From Alphaproteobacteria bacterium (GTDB lineage Bacteria; Pseudomonadota; Alphaproteobacteria; 43-37), in assembly GCA_947488045.1 (NCBI GenBank), contig CANLAL010000003.1, forward strand, positions 1-32,928: a DNA stretch of 32,928 nt. Direction: 5' to 3'. The notes below the pieces were generated by a model that saw only the letters and a program-made list of their open reading frames with translations, did no database searches and was not told where the DNA came from. A program made the translations under genes and the position numbers. How positions within the stretch are numbered: position 1 is the stretch's first letter; each line of letters starts with the position of its first letter. Positions 17,905-26,376 of the stretch are shown piece by piece.

Positions 17905-18609
17905 TTAGGCTGGATTTAGAACGAATGCTCTGCGGGCTAAGAGCGTTTGTTGCCCTATAGGTTGGTAGATTTGCTTCTGAGCTTCCATAATGATGACCCC
18001 AGCCAGTTTTTTGCATAGTCCATTAGAGAAATGTTCCGTTTGCGGAAAGAGTTTCAGGAAAGTTCGCGTATGTGTAGGGGGCATCATCAGACTATATGAA
18101 ATCGATAATGGCGTCAGATGACATTTAGTGAGGTGTTCAGAAAGTTTTCGTGCAGTAAAAGGAGCTCCATATCCAAAAGGCGTGCGATCCATACGGGACC
18201 AAATTCCGGTGCGATTGGGTGTGCAAATCAGCAGCCGCCCTCCAGGGGCCAAGATGCGCCAACATTCTTCCAAGACGGGTCCAGAGTGTTCCATAAATTC
18301 AAGCCCATGAACCATAAGTATTTTATCAACCGTTCCTGGTGCAAAAGGTAGATTCTGAGGATCCGTTAGAGTGACACAATTAGGCCCTAGAAGTGGCCAG
18401 GGAAGCGCACCAAAACCTTGCGGAATAGCCAAATAAACGGCTTGCGCATCATCCGTAAATGGTCGGATAAAAGGGCTTACGTAGCCTAATCCCAACACAC
18501 GTTCACCTTTGGATTGTGGCCAAATACTACGAATAGATCTCCGCAAGGTTCGTCTGGCTACACCTCCTAACGGGGTTTCGTAAAAGGTTTTGAGTTGGGC
18601 GCAGTCCAC
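17905..18609 (-). CDS. Class I SAM-dependent methyltransferase (Methyltransf_11-like, alphaproteobacterial type)
   Basis: FYETPLG, VLGLGY, LPF..VD..LMVHGLE, WRILAPGGRL, PNRTGIW and TPFGYG. Confidence 0.85.
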   Translation of the reverse strand: MDCAQLKTFYETPLGGVARRTLRRSIRSIWPQSKGERVLGLGYVSPFIRPFTDDAQAVYLAIPQGFGALPWPLLGPNCVTLTDPQNLPFAPGTVDKILMVHGLEFMEHSGPVLEECWRILAPGGRLLICTPNRTGIWSRMDRTPFGYGAPFTARKLSEHLTKCHLTPLSISYSLMMPPTHTRTFLKLFPQTEHFSNGLCKKLAGVIIMEAQKQIYQPIGQQTLLARRAFVLNPA

Positions 18610-18700
18610 TTCAACTCCTCTGTTTCAAAAGTCTGATGGATATCTTATCAGGATTTATCTCTAGGGAAAAGCACCCTAGTTTATGGATACTTTTTTGTGG

Positions 18701-19000
18701 TCATCCTCCCATGGCTTTGACGAGTGCGATTCGGGCTACAAGTCTCTGTGAGATAAGTTTGGTATAAAGGATTTGATTATTCAACAGAGTGACTTTGGCT
18801 TTGATCAAATCCAGTGTGGCTTGGGTTCCCGCACGGGCGCTGGATTGGGTCAGCACAAAGCTTCTTGATGCATTTCCTACCATGCTATGCTGAAGGCTAA
18901 TTTGTTCCTCTAAACTATGAAACCGTGCCAGTTGATCTTCCATATCTTGAAAAGCGGGAAAACGATTTGTTTGTAAGCGCTGACAGTAGCTTCATAAGCG
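18701..19000 (-). pseudogene. 3' remnant of a NodT/TolC-family efflux outer-membrane factor
   Basis: AYEATVSAYKQIVF joins AFQDMEDQLA...ARIALVKAMGG across a 1-nt frameshift near 18956, resembling the OMF consensus YxxxVxxYrqtVLtAFxEVEdaL...LYKALGGG. The 5' part of the gene is absent. Confidence 0.75.
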
Positions 19001-19095
19001 TGCAATAGAATACGTTTCAGATGTGGAAGAGCGGGCAGCGTCATGTTCATCCAATTTTTTCAATAATGTTGCAATTTAATGCGGGCGGCAGATTC

Positions 19096-19110
19096 TTAAG
19101 ATCCCTTTAA
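19096..19110. promoter_or_regulatory. CtrA-type binding site TTAA-N7-TTAA
   Basis: TTAA GATCCCT TTAA is an exact match, adjacent to a GANTC (GATTC, 19091-19095) and upstream of the glmM promoter. Confidence 0.5.
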
Positions 19111-19147
19111 GAGAGAAAGTTGGAGAAATAGTATCCAAAAGTTTCGC

Positions 19148-19176
19148 GTGACACACACGTCGACTGGCGCCATAAT
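19148..19176 (+). promoter_or_regulatory. Candidate sigma70 promoter of glmM-serC
   Basis: GTGACA-N17-CATAAT, 40 nt upstream of the glmM ATG. Confidence 0.55.
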
Positions 19177-19216
19177 CCCCCATGTTTTTTAATCAAAGCG
19201 CTAAGGCAACACATCT

Positions 19217-20551
19217 ATGAGCACTTTTTTTGGCACTGATGGGGTACGTGGTCCAGTTTTTCAAGGCCTTTTAACACCCGCATCTTTGGCGCGACTGGGC
19301 CTCAGCTTGGGACATGCATTAAAGACCTGCCATGGTCAGGTGGTGGTGGGGATGGATACCCGTGTTTCTGGCCCTCTTGTGAAAAGCGCTCTTGCGTCAG
19401 GTTTAATGGCGGCAGGCATGCATGTGATGGATGTTGGCGTTGTATCTACCCCCTGTGTGGCCTTCTTGGCTCAAAAACTGGATGTGGATTGTGCGGTGAT
19501 GATTTCAGCTTCACACAACTCCTATCAAGATAATGGCATTAAAGTGTTTGGAGCGGGAGGCTCAAAACTTGATCCTGCACAAGAAAAAGCTATTGAGGCT
19601 CTTTTTCATGGACCTTTAGATTTTTGCCTGCCAAACCAAGTGGGGCAGACGACGATACGTCCTGATGCTGTTCAGCTTTACACGCAGCATCTTCTCTCCC
19701 TTTATCGCGGCTTAAACCTCTCTGGCCTGACCATAGCTTTGGACTGTGCGCATGGATCTTTAAGTGCACACGGTGCAGATGTTTTTAAAGCCCTGGGCGC
19801 GCGGGTGCACCTGATGGGCCATGAGCCAGATGGCGTCAATATCAATGCTGGTGTGGGTGCCACACATCCTGAGGCTCTGCAGCAATTTATGAAAACTCAC
19901 CAGTCGGATGTAGGCTTTGCCTTTGATGGCGACGGGGATCGCGTGATGACATTTTTGTCTGAAGGCACACTGCTTGATGGCGACCAGATGTTGGCCATTC
20001 TCGCTCAGGCCTGGCAGCAAGAAGTAAAACTTGATCCCCCATGTGTGGTGAGCACGGTTATGGCTAATCATCAGTTAAAGGCTCTCTTGCATGAAAAAGG
20101 GGTGGCCTTACATCAATCTGCTGTGGGCGATAAGTATGTTGTGCAAGCGATGGAAGAAACAGGCGCGCTTTTGGGTGGTGAATCTTCAGGCCACATGATT
20201 TTAGGCCCTTTGGCTGCCACGGGGGATGGTCTGCTCACTGCTTTGGAGCTGCTACGTATTCATACGCAAGTCAAATCACTGGCGCAGGCTTTTAGGCCTT
20301 GTCCCCAGATTTTGCACAATGTGCGGGTAACCCACAAGCAGGTCTTAAATATGCCGGAATGGTCAGACTTCTATCAAGCTCAGATGGTTTCCTATGATGC
20401 GCATCTCTCGTGCTTGATTCGCGCGTCAGGGACAGAAGCCTTAGTCCGCATTATGTTGCAAGGGAAAGATGTGGATTTGCTACATCGGGTTGCGCATGTG
20501 TTTGCTGGAAAAATTAAAGAACTCGATAATCAAACAGAAAAAAAGGTGTAA
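19217..20551 (+). CDS. glmM: Phosphoglucosamine mutase
   Basis: FGTDGVRG, MISASHN (phospho-Ser), DGDGDR, GGESSGH and RASGTE. Confidence 0.95.
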   Translation: MSTFFGTDGVRGPVFQGLLTPASLARLGLSLGHALKTCHGQVVVGMDTRVSGPLVKSALASGLMAAGMHVMDVGVVSTPCVAFLAQKLDVDCAVMISASHNSYQDNGIKVFGAGGSKLDPAQEKAIEALFHGPLDFCLPNQVGQTTIRPDAVQLYTQHLLSLYRGLNLSGLTIALDCAHGSLSAHGADVFKALGARVHLMGHEPDGVNINAGVGATHPEALQQFMKTHQSDVGFAFDGDGDRVMTFLSEGTLLDGDQMLAILAQAWQQEVKLDPPCVVSTVMANHQLKALLHEKGVALHQSAVGDKYVVQAMEETGALLGGESSGHMILGPLAATGDGLLTALELLRIHTQVKSLAQAFRPCPQILHNVRVTHKQVLNMPEWSDFYQAQMVSYDAHLSCLIRASGTEALVRIMLQGKDVDLLHRVAHVFAGKIKELDNQTEKKV

Positions 20552-20554
20552 TAA

Positions 20555-21709
20555 ATGATAAACAAACCCGCTTTAAAACCTATAAATCGTTGCTTTTCTT
20601 CGGGCCCCTGCCAAAAGCATCCGGGGTGGTCTTTTGAAGGGCTCCAAGAGGCCTTGTTGGGGCGGTCCCATCGTTCTGAAGTAGCCAGAGACCGCTTGCT
20701 GCGTGTGGTTGAAGAAAGCCGAGAGCTTTTGGTAATTCCGCAGGATTATCACATTGGCATTACGCCAGGGTCCGATACAGGTGCCTTTGAAATGGCCCTA
20801 TGGAGTTTGGTGGGGGCCAAACCCCTTGTGGTTCTTGCGTGGGATGTGTTTGGCAAAGATTGGGTGCATGACATCCTGAACCACATGCATTTAAAAGATG
20901 TGGATTGTCGTCTCGGTGTAGGGGGACATTTGCCTTCTTTTGATGGCATTGATCCTAGCCATGATGTGGTTTTCACATGGAATGGGAGCTCCTCCGGTAT
21001 TATGATGGATCGCCACGATTGGATTGCGGATGATCGCACAGGCCTCACGTTGTGCGATGCTACCTCTGCCGCTTTTGCCATGGATATGCCGTGGGATAAA
21101 TTGGATGTGACGACCTATTCCTGGCAAAAATGTTTGGGTAGCGAAGCCGCTCATGGCATGATTGTGTTAAGCCCACGGGCTATGGAGCGCCTCAAAACAT
21201 ACACACCTGCATGGCCAATCCCCAAGCTATTCCGTTTGGCCGATCATGGCGTCGTGCGTGAGGCTGTTTTTGTGGGGGAGACCATCAACACGCCCTCCAT
21301 GATGTGCGTGGAGGATGTCTTAGATGCCTTCCGTTGGGTTCACTCCATAGGGGGGTTGCCCGCGTTGGTTAAACGAAGCCGTACTAATCTCGCTGTTCTG
21401 GAAAAATGGATGGAAGGCCGAGAAAGCTGGATCCGCTTTTCCGCTGCCGTGCCTTCTCAGCGTTCTCACACCAGTATGTCTTTGCGCCTATGCGCGCCTG
21501 AGGTGCTTGCATTGAGTCGGGCTGCCCAGTGGGATTTGGTGTCGCGTGTGACAAAGCGCTTGGATGTGGAGCACGTGGCTTATGACATCAAAGGGCACAG
21601 TGGCGATGAACCTAATATTCGTATTTGGGGCGGTGCCACCGTGGAGTCTTCAGATATTGAGCGTCTCATGCCCTGGATCGAATGGGCTTATACAATGGAA
21701 ATGGTATAA
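20555..21709 (+). CDS. serC: Phosphoserine aminotransferase (alphaproteobacterial/Methanosarcina type)
   Basis: FSSGPC, GRSHRS, SDTGAFEMALWS, DATSAAFA, SWQK (PLP Lys), TINTPSM and RIWGGATVE. Confidence 0.93.
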   Translation: MINKPALKPINRCFSSGPCQKHPGWSFEGLQEALLGRSHRSEVARDRLLRVVEESRELLVIPQDYHIGITPGSDTGAFEMALWSLVGAKPLVVLAWDVFGKDWVHDILNHMHLKDVDCRLGVGGHLPSFDGIDPSHDVVFTWNGSSSGIMMDRHDWIADDRTGLTLCDATSAAFAMDMPWDKLDVTTYSWQKCLGSEAAHGMIVLSPRAMERLKTYTPAWPIPKLFRLADHGVVREAVFVGETINTPSMMCVEDVLDAFRWVHSIGGLPALVKRSRTNLAVLEKWMEGRESWIRFSAAVPSQRSHTSMSLRLCAPEVLALSRAAQWDLVSRVTKRLDVEHVAYDIKGHSGDEPNIRIWGGATVESSDIERLMPWIEWAYTMEMV

Positions 21710-21825
21710 GATAACTTAGCAAGCCATACGGTTAGTAGAATTTTCCAGGAGAGAAATATGCGTGCATTTATGCTTGATCTTCATCCAGATCGACTATGCA
21801 GGTGTTGTGCATGAAGAGGGCTGTT

Positions 21826-22685
21826 TTAATGGCTTAATTTAGCCAAAGAGGTTGAAAAGCTTGCCTTAATCTTATGAAAAAAGGGTGCAACCTTAATGTT
21901 CCAAAATCTCTTGAAAGAGGAGCGGGAATATAGTGGAAGTTTCCTTTTCCATTCTATGCCGTAAAGCGCTTTGATTTTCTCGAGATTTCCATCATCACGC
22001 TTACCGAGCAGCGTCATGTTTAAATAATCTAAGGGAAGATCATGAGTGACTACTAAAAATGGATGCAGATTGGCCTGGCTGCGTATGCTGCCTTTAACCT
22101 CAAAATCCCAGTTTTTTTCTTTACTGTCCAACAAGTTTTCAAAAACAACTTTGTTCCAAAATGCAGGCTGCAAAGAGCCTCTCCACTTTTCATCCCGTTT
22201 CTTATAATAAATACCCCTTCCGGAACGGGAAGGCGTTCTGTTTAATTCTTGTGTGGCTCCATAAATTTGCATGTAACCGGCTTTTTCCATTTTCATATTA
22301 TCCAAAAGTTGTCCTAGGCGCTTTACATTCAAGTGAGACAAAAAATAATCGTCCTATAGATAGAGAATGTAGGGAGTCTTCACCGTTCTTAATGCGCGAC
22401 CAGAAGTATCAGACCAAGATGTTTCAGGGCTATGCATAAAGACATTTACACGTGGATGAGTAAATTTTTTGGTGTTTGTAATCAGCACGATAGGAACTGA
22501 ACCATTAGTCAATGCAGGCCACCTTAAAAAAGTATTTTGAAAAAGGGATCCTATAGTTCCTCATATTTGTCACAAGAGTTAACAACGTTAGTAAGGTCTT
22601 GAAACGGATGTGAGCCAAAGGATACAGGGGTTGTTGTTAAAAATATAAAAAAACTAACCATATACCTCTAAAATTTACGTCTCAT
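21826..22685 (-). pseudogene. Degraded gene for a secreted glycosyltransferase-like protein (SCDKY..LW.PFF / DDYFL / SLQ..FW / WDFE..GS.RS family)
   Basis: From ATG 22685: MRRKF*RYMVSFFIFLTTTPVSFG...NSCDKYEEL*DPFFKILF, frameshift near 22525, WPAL...SWSD...PYILYL*DDYFL, continuing in frame into the 171-aa ORF. TAGs are at 22670-22668, 22553-22551 and 22356-22354. Confidence 0.8.
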
Positions 22686-23139
22686 CACCTAACTCTTCTT
22701 AACTACGGTGCCTACATATTGTAATTTTATACGCTAGTTCTTGCAAGTCTTCTGAGACCGCTATCTGTGGCGCAGGCTTATCGTAGCCAATGCTACTTTA
22801 GAGTGGGCCACTAGGGCTTAAGAGAGGAAAATATAGAAATGACCTGTAACTTCAAAAAAACTCACATGCTTAAACCCTTAAAATGGAGGCTATTGGAATA
22901 TTCTGGGATACTCATTGCTAAGGCTATTAATTATGGGTATATAGGGTATTCAACGAGCTCAATAAAATTGTTCATACATTTGTAAAAAATGAATTTAGTT
23001 TGTACTTGAAGAGTCTTTGTCTCGTAAAGTAGCCAGCCTTCAATTTTTAATGGGGGTCTATAACTTTTTCCCTCTTGCTTTTTTGTGTTTCCTATGGCGC
23101 CCTGGACTGGCGTTGCTTTTGACGATCAACCCCCATCGC

Positions 23140-23186
23140 CCACCACCTGTTGACATTTTCCTGGCTTGATATACTATATGTTGTAT
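23140..23186 (+). promoter_or_regulatory. Tandem NrdR boxes overlapping the sigma70 promoter of nrdAB
   Basis: ATACTATATGTTGTAT (23171-23186) is a strong match to acaCwAtATaTwGtgt. A weaker box, CCACCACCTGTTGACA (23140-23155), lies 31 bp upstream. Promoter TTGACA (23150-23155)-N16-TACTAT. Confidence 0.75.
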
Positions 23187-23215
23187 ACCTGCCCTTTTGA
23201 GAGACGAGAAAAAAT

Positions 23216-25012
23216 ATGCCAAAATATGCCATTACTCTGGATCTAACCCGTGACGGCCTGCTCACAGACTTCGGAAAGATGACTCTCACGGATCGTTATC
23301 TTATGCCGGGAGAAAGCTATCAGGATGTCTTTGCACGAGTGGCCGCTCACTTTGCAGATGACCAGGCCCATGCCCAACGCATTTATGATGCCATCAGCAA
23401 GTTGTGGTTTATGCCTGCAACACCAATTTTGAGCAATGGGGGTACAAGTCGGGGGCTGCCTATATCTTGCTTTTTGAATGAGGCAAATGATAGTCTGCAG
23501 GGAATTGTGGACCTCTGGAATGAAAATGTGTGGCTTGCCGCGCGCGGAGGGGGTATTGGCAGCTATTGGGGCAATTTGCGTTCTATTGGTGAAAAGATTG
23601 GTACCAATGGAAAAACATCCGGTGTGGTGCCCTTTATTCGAGTGATGGATTCACTCACGCTGGCCATCAGCCAGGGCAGCCTGCGTCGTGGGAGTGCCGC
23701 TGTTTATTTGCCTATTGACCATCCGGAAATTGAAGAATTCATTGAAATTCGCCGTGCGACAGGTGGAGATCCCAATCGCAAAGCCCTGATTCTTCATCAT
23801 GGCGTGGTCTTGACCGATGCCTTTATGGAAGCCGTAGAAGCAGATGCCCCATGGAATCTTGTGAGCCCGCTGGATGGAACGGTGATTCATACGATTTCTG
23901 CGCGATCTTTGTGGATCAAGCTGCTTACTGCCCGTATTGAAACGGGTGAGCCTTATCTGATTTTTATTGATCACGTGAATAAGGCGATCCCAGAGCATCA
24001 CAAGCGCAATAATTTAAAAGTGAAAATGTCTAACTTGTGTAGCGAGATCACGCTCCCCACCGGCACCGATCATTTAGGGAACGATCGTACAGCCATTTGC
24101 TGCCTGTCCTCCCTCAATTTAGAAACTTATGATGAGTGGAAAAACGAGCCGTGTCTCATTGAGGATGTGATGCGATTTTTGGACAATGTCCTCCAAAATT
24201 TCATAGATACGGCTCCAGATTCCATGGCTAAGGCTCGATATGCCGCCATGCGGGAGCGGAGCGTAGGCTTAGGGGTTATGGGGTTCCATTCCTTTTTGCA
24301 ATTGAAAGGTGTGCCCTTAGAGTCGGGTCTGGCTAAATCTTGGAACATGCAGATGTTCAAGCATATCAAAACTCAGGCTGATGCAGCCTCGGTGGCGTTG
24401 GCTAAGGAGCGCGGCGCTTGCCCGGATGCCGCAGAATTTGCTATTCAAGAGCGTTTTTCTAACAAAATGGCCATTGCACCCACCGCCTCTATTTCCATTA
24501 TTTGCGGGGGCACATCGCCGGGGATTGAACCTATTGCAGCCAACAGCTTTATGCATAAAACGCTTTCGGGTTCTTACAATGTAAGGAATCGACATTTACA
24601 AAAATTGTTGGAAGAAAAAGGTCAAAATACGGAAGATGTGTGGACATCCATCACCATTAACGAAGGGTCTGTCTTGCATTTAGATTTCCTAAGCGATGAT
24701 GAAAAAGATGTGTTCAAAACCGCCTTTGAAATGGATCAGCGGTGGCTTATTGAGCATGCGGGCGACCGTACGCCTTATATCTGCCAAGCTCAATCTTTGA
24801 ACGTATTCGTGCCACCAGATATTCATAAAAGAGACCTGCACCAGATCCATTTCCAAGCCTGGAAGAAGGGCGTAAAATCTTTATATTACTGCCGCTCCAA
24901 ATCCATTCAACGAGCAGAAGTGGTGGCCAATTTGGATACAACAGATTTGCGCCCTGTGGAAGAAGAAGTGCCCAAACCCATCGATTATGATGAATGCTTA
25001 GCGTGCCAATAG
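23216..25012 (+). CDS. nrdA: Class I ribonucleotide reductase alpha subunit (short form, no ATP cone)
   Basis: ATPILSNGG, ISCFL, SNLCSEI, CCLSSLN, APTASIS, SLYYCRS and C-terminal CLAC. Confidence 0.97.
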   Translation: MPKYAITLDLTRDGLLTDFGKMTLTDRYLMPGESYQDVFARVAAHFADDQAHAQRIYDAISKLWFMPATPILSNGGTSRGLPISCFLNEANDSLQGIVDLWNENVWLAARGGGIGSYWGNLRSIGEKIGTNGKTSGVVPFIRVMDSLTLAISQGSLRRGSAAVYLPIDHPEIEEFIEIRRATGGDPNRKALILHHGVVLTDAFMEAVEADAPWNLVSPLDGTVIHTISARSLWIKLLTARIETGEPYLIFIDHVNKAIPEHHKRNNLKVKMSNLCSEITLPTGTDHLGNDRTAICCLSSLNLETYDEWKNEPCLIEDVMRFLDNVLQNFIDTAPDSMAKARYAAMRERSVGLGVMGFHSFLQLKGVPLESGLAKSWNMQMFKHIKTQADAASVALAKERGACPDAAEFAIQERFSNKMAIAPTASISIICGGTSPGIEPIAANSFMHKTLSGSYNVRNRHLQKLLEEKGQNTEDVWTSITINEGSVLHLDFLSDDEKDVFKTAFEMDQRWLIEHAGDRTPYICQAQSLNVFVPPDIHKRDLHQIHFQAWKKGVKSLYYCRSKSIQRAEVVANLDTTDLRPVEEEVPKPIDYDECLACQ

Positions 25013-25039
25013 CCGCATTTTTAGAAAGGAAGTCAAGCC

Positions 25040-26002
25040 ATGTCATTGCTCACTCCAAATCCCGTTTATAAGCCTTTTAGCTATCCCTGGGCCTATGAAG
25101 CCTGGCTTACCCAGCAGCGTATTCATTGGATGCCTGAGGAAGTGCCCATGGCGGATGATGTGCGGGACTGGCAACGCAATATCACCCCTGTGGAAAAAAA
25201 TCTTTTGACACAAATTTTTAGATTTTTCGTGCAGGCGGATATTGAAGTCAACAACTGCTACATGAAGCACTATTCTGGTGTGTTTCAATCCACAGAAGTG
25301 CAGATGATGCTTGCGGCCTTTTCCAACATGGAAACCATTCACATTGCGGGCTATGCCCATCTGTTGGATACTCTGGGGATGCCAGAGGTGGAGTATTCAG
25401 CTTTCCTCCGATATAAGGAAATGCGCGATAAGTACGACTATATGCAGCAATTTGGCACGGACTCTAAGGAAGCCATTGCCATGACTTTGGCGGTCTTTGG
25501 TGCCTTTACTGAAGGTCTCCAACTTTTTGCCAGCTTTGCCATTTTGATGAACTTCCCACGTTTTAGCAAAATGCGTGGTATGGGCCAGATCGTTTCCTGG
25601 TCCGTGCGGGATGAAACTCTTCATACCAACTCCATCATTAAACTGTTCAAGACTTTTGTGGATGAAAACAAAGAAATTTGGACGCCAAAATTGGTTCTGG
25701 AAATTCGGAAGGCGTGTGAGACTATTGTTTCTCACGAGGATGCCTTTATTGATCTGGCTTTTGAAATGGGTGCAGTGGAAGGTCTTTCAGGGCCTGAGGT
25801 CAAGCAATACATTCGCTATATCGCGGACCGACGTTTGACCCAGCTGGGTTTGGAGCCCATGTACCGCATTGAACGCAACCCGCTGCCTTGGATGGATACG
25901 ATGCTTAATGGTGTTGAGCACACGAACTTTTTCGAGAACCGTGCTACGGAATATTCGCGTGCAGCAACAAAAGGCACGTGGGGTGAGGCATTTGGCTCTT
26001 AA
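25040..26002 (+). CDS. nrdB: Class Ia ribonucleotide reductase beta subunit
   Basis: HWMPEEV, QAD, ETIHIAGY (radical Tyr), EGLQLF, RDETLH and NFFENRATEY. Confidence 0.97.
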   Translation: MSLLTPNPVYKPFSYPWAYEAWLTQQRIHWMPEEVPMADDVRDWQRNITPVEKNLLTQIFRFFVQADIEVNNCYMKHYSGVFQSTEVQMMLAAFSNMETIHIAGYAHLLDTLGMPEVEYSAFLRYKEMRDKYDYMQQFGTDSKEAIAMTLAVFGAFTEGLQLFASFAILMNFPRFSKMRGMGQIVSWSVRDETLHTNSIIKLFKTFVDENKEIWTPKLVLEIRKACETIVSHEDAFIDLAFEMGAVEGLSGPEVKQYIRYIADRRLTQLGLEPMYRIERNPLPWMDTMLNGVEHTNFFENRATEYSRAATKGTWGEAFGS

Positions 26003-26060
26003 AGGGTAAATCCGACTGATAACCATTGAAACTCACAACATTAACCTTATGATTCGGAGT

Positions 26061-26084
26061 GGCTGCATCCAACTGGGTGCAGTC
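26061..26084 (+). other. Stem-loop between convergent nrdB and rnhB
   Basis: GGCTGCATCC-AACT-GGGTGCAGTC forms a 10-bp stem with two G-U pairs; no U tract. Confidence 0.4.
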
Positions 26085-26376
26085 AACCCAACACTTCAAA
26101 GGTTGGCTAACCATAACTTATTTGAAATGGCCCTTACTGAACCGTCGATAACTGCACTCTCGATGGTGGCTCTAAAATCCTTATAAGTTTTACTTTAAGA
26201 TTCCACCAAAGAAGATCTTTTAGGGCGAACGCCACATCTATTTGGAAAATTAAGATGCTTTTCCTGGTCACCGGTCACCACTGATTGTGCAGCTTTAAGG
26301 CTCCCCAATTTTTAGGGCGCGTTGTCAGTTTATGTCCTGTAAGGTTATGATCAAACGAGAGTATCAAAAAGATACT

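Noticed and set aside
22354-22670. Three in-frame TAG codons in one gene, suggesting amber recoding or readthrough
   Set aside because: The TAGs appear to replace different residues (Trp in ELWDPFF; probably Gln or Leu before DDYFL). A frameshift is also present, and intact genes here (bioA, nrdA, lipB) end in TAG. This is ordinary pseudogenisation.
22792-23033. 9-bp inverted repeat GCTACTTTA/TAAAGTAGC as MITE ends
   Set aside because: Short enough to arise by chance in an AT-rich spacer, with no target-site duplication.
23216-26002. Unusual RNR class or intein/intron insertion suggested by the short NrdA
   Set aside because: All catalytic Cys, the NrdB metal ligands and the radical Tyr are canonical. 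A ~600-aa cone-less NrdA is normal in alphaproteobacteria, and no insertions were seen.
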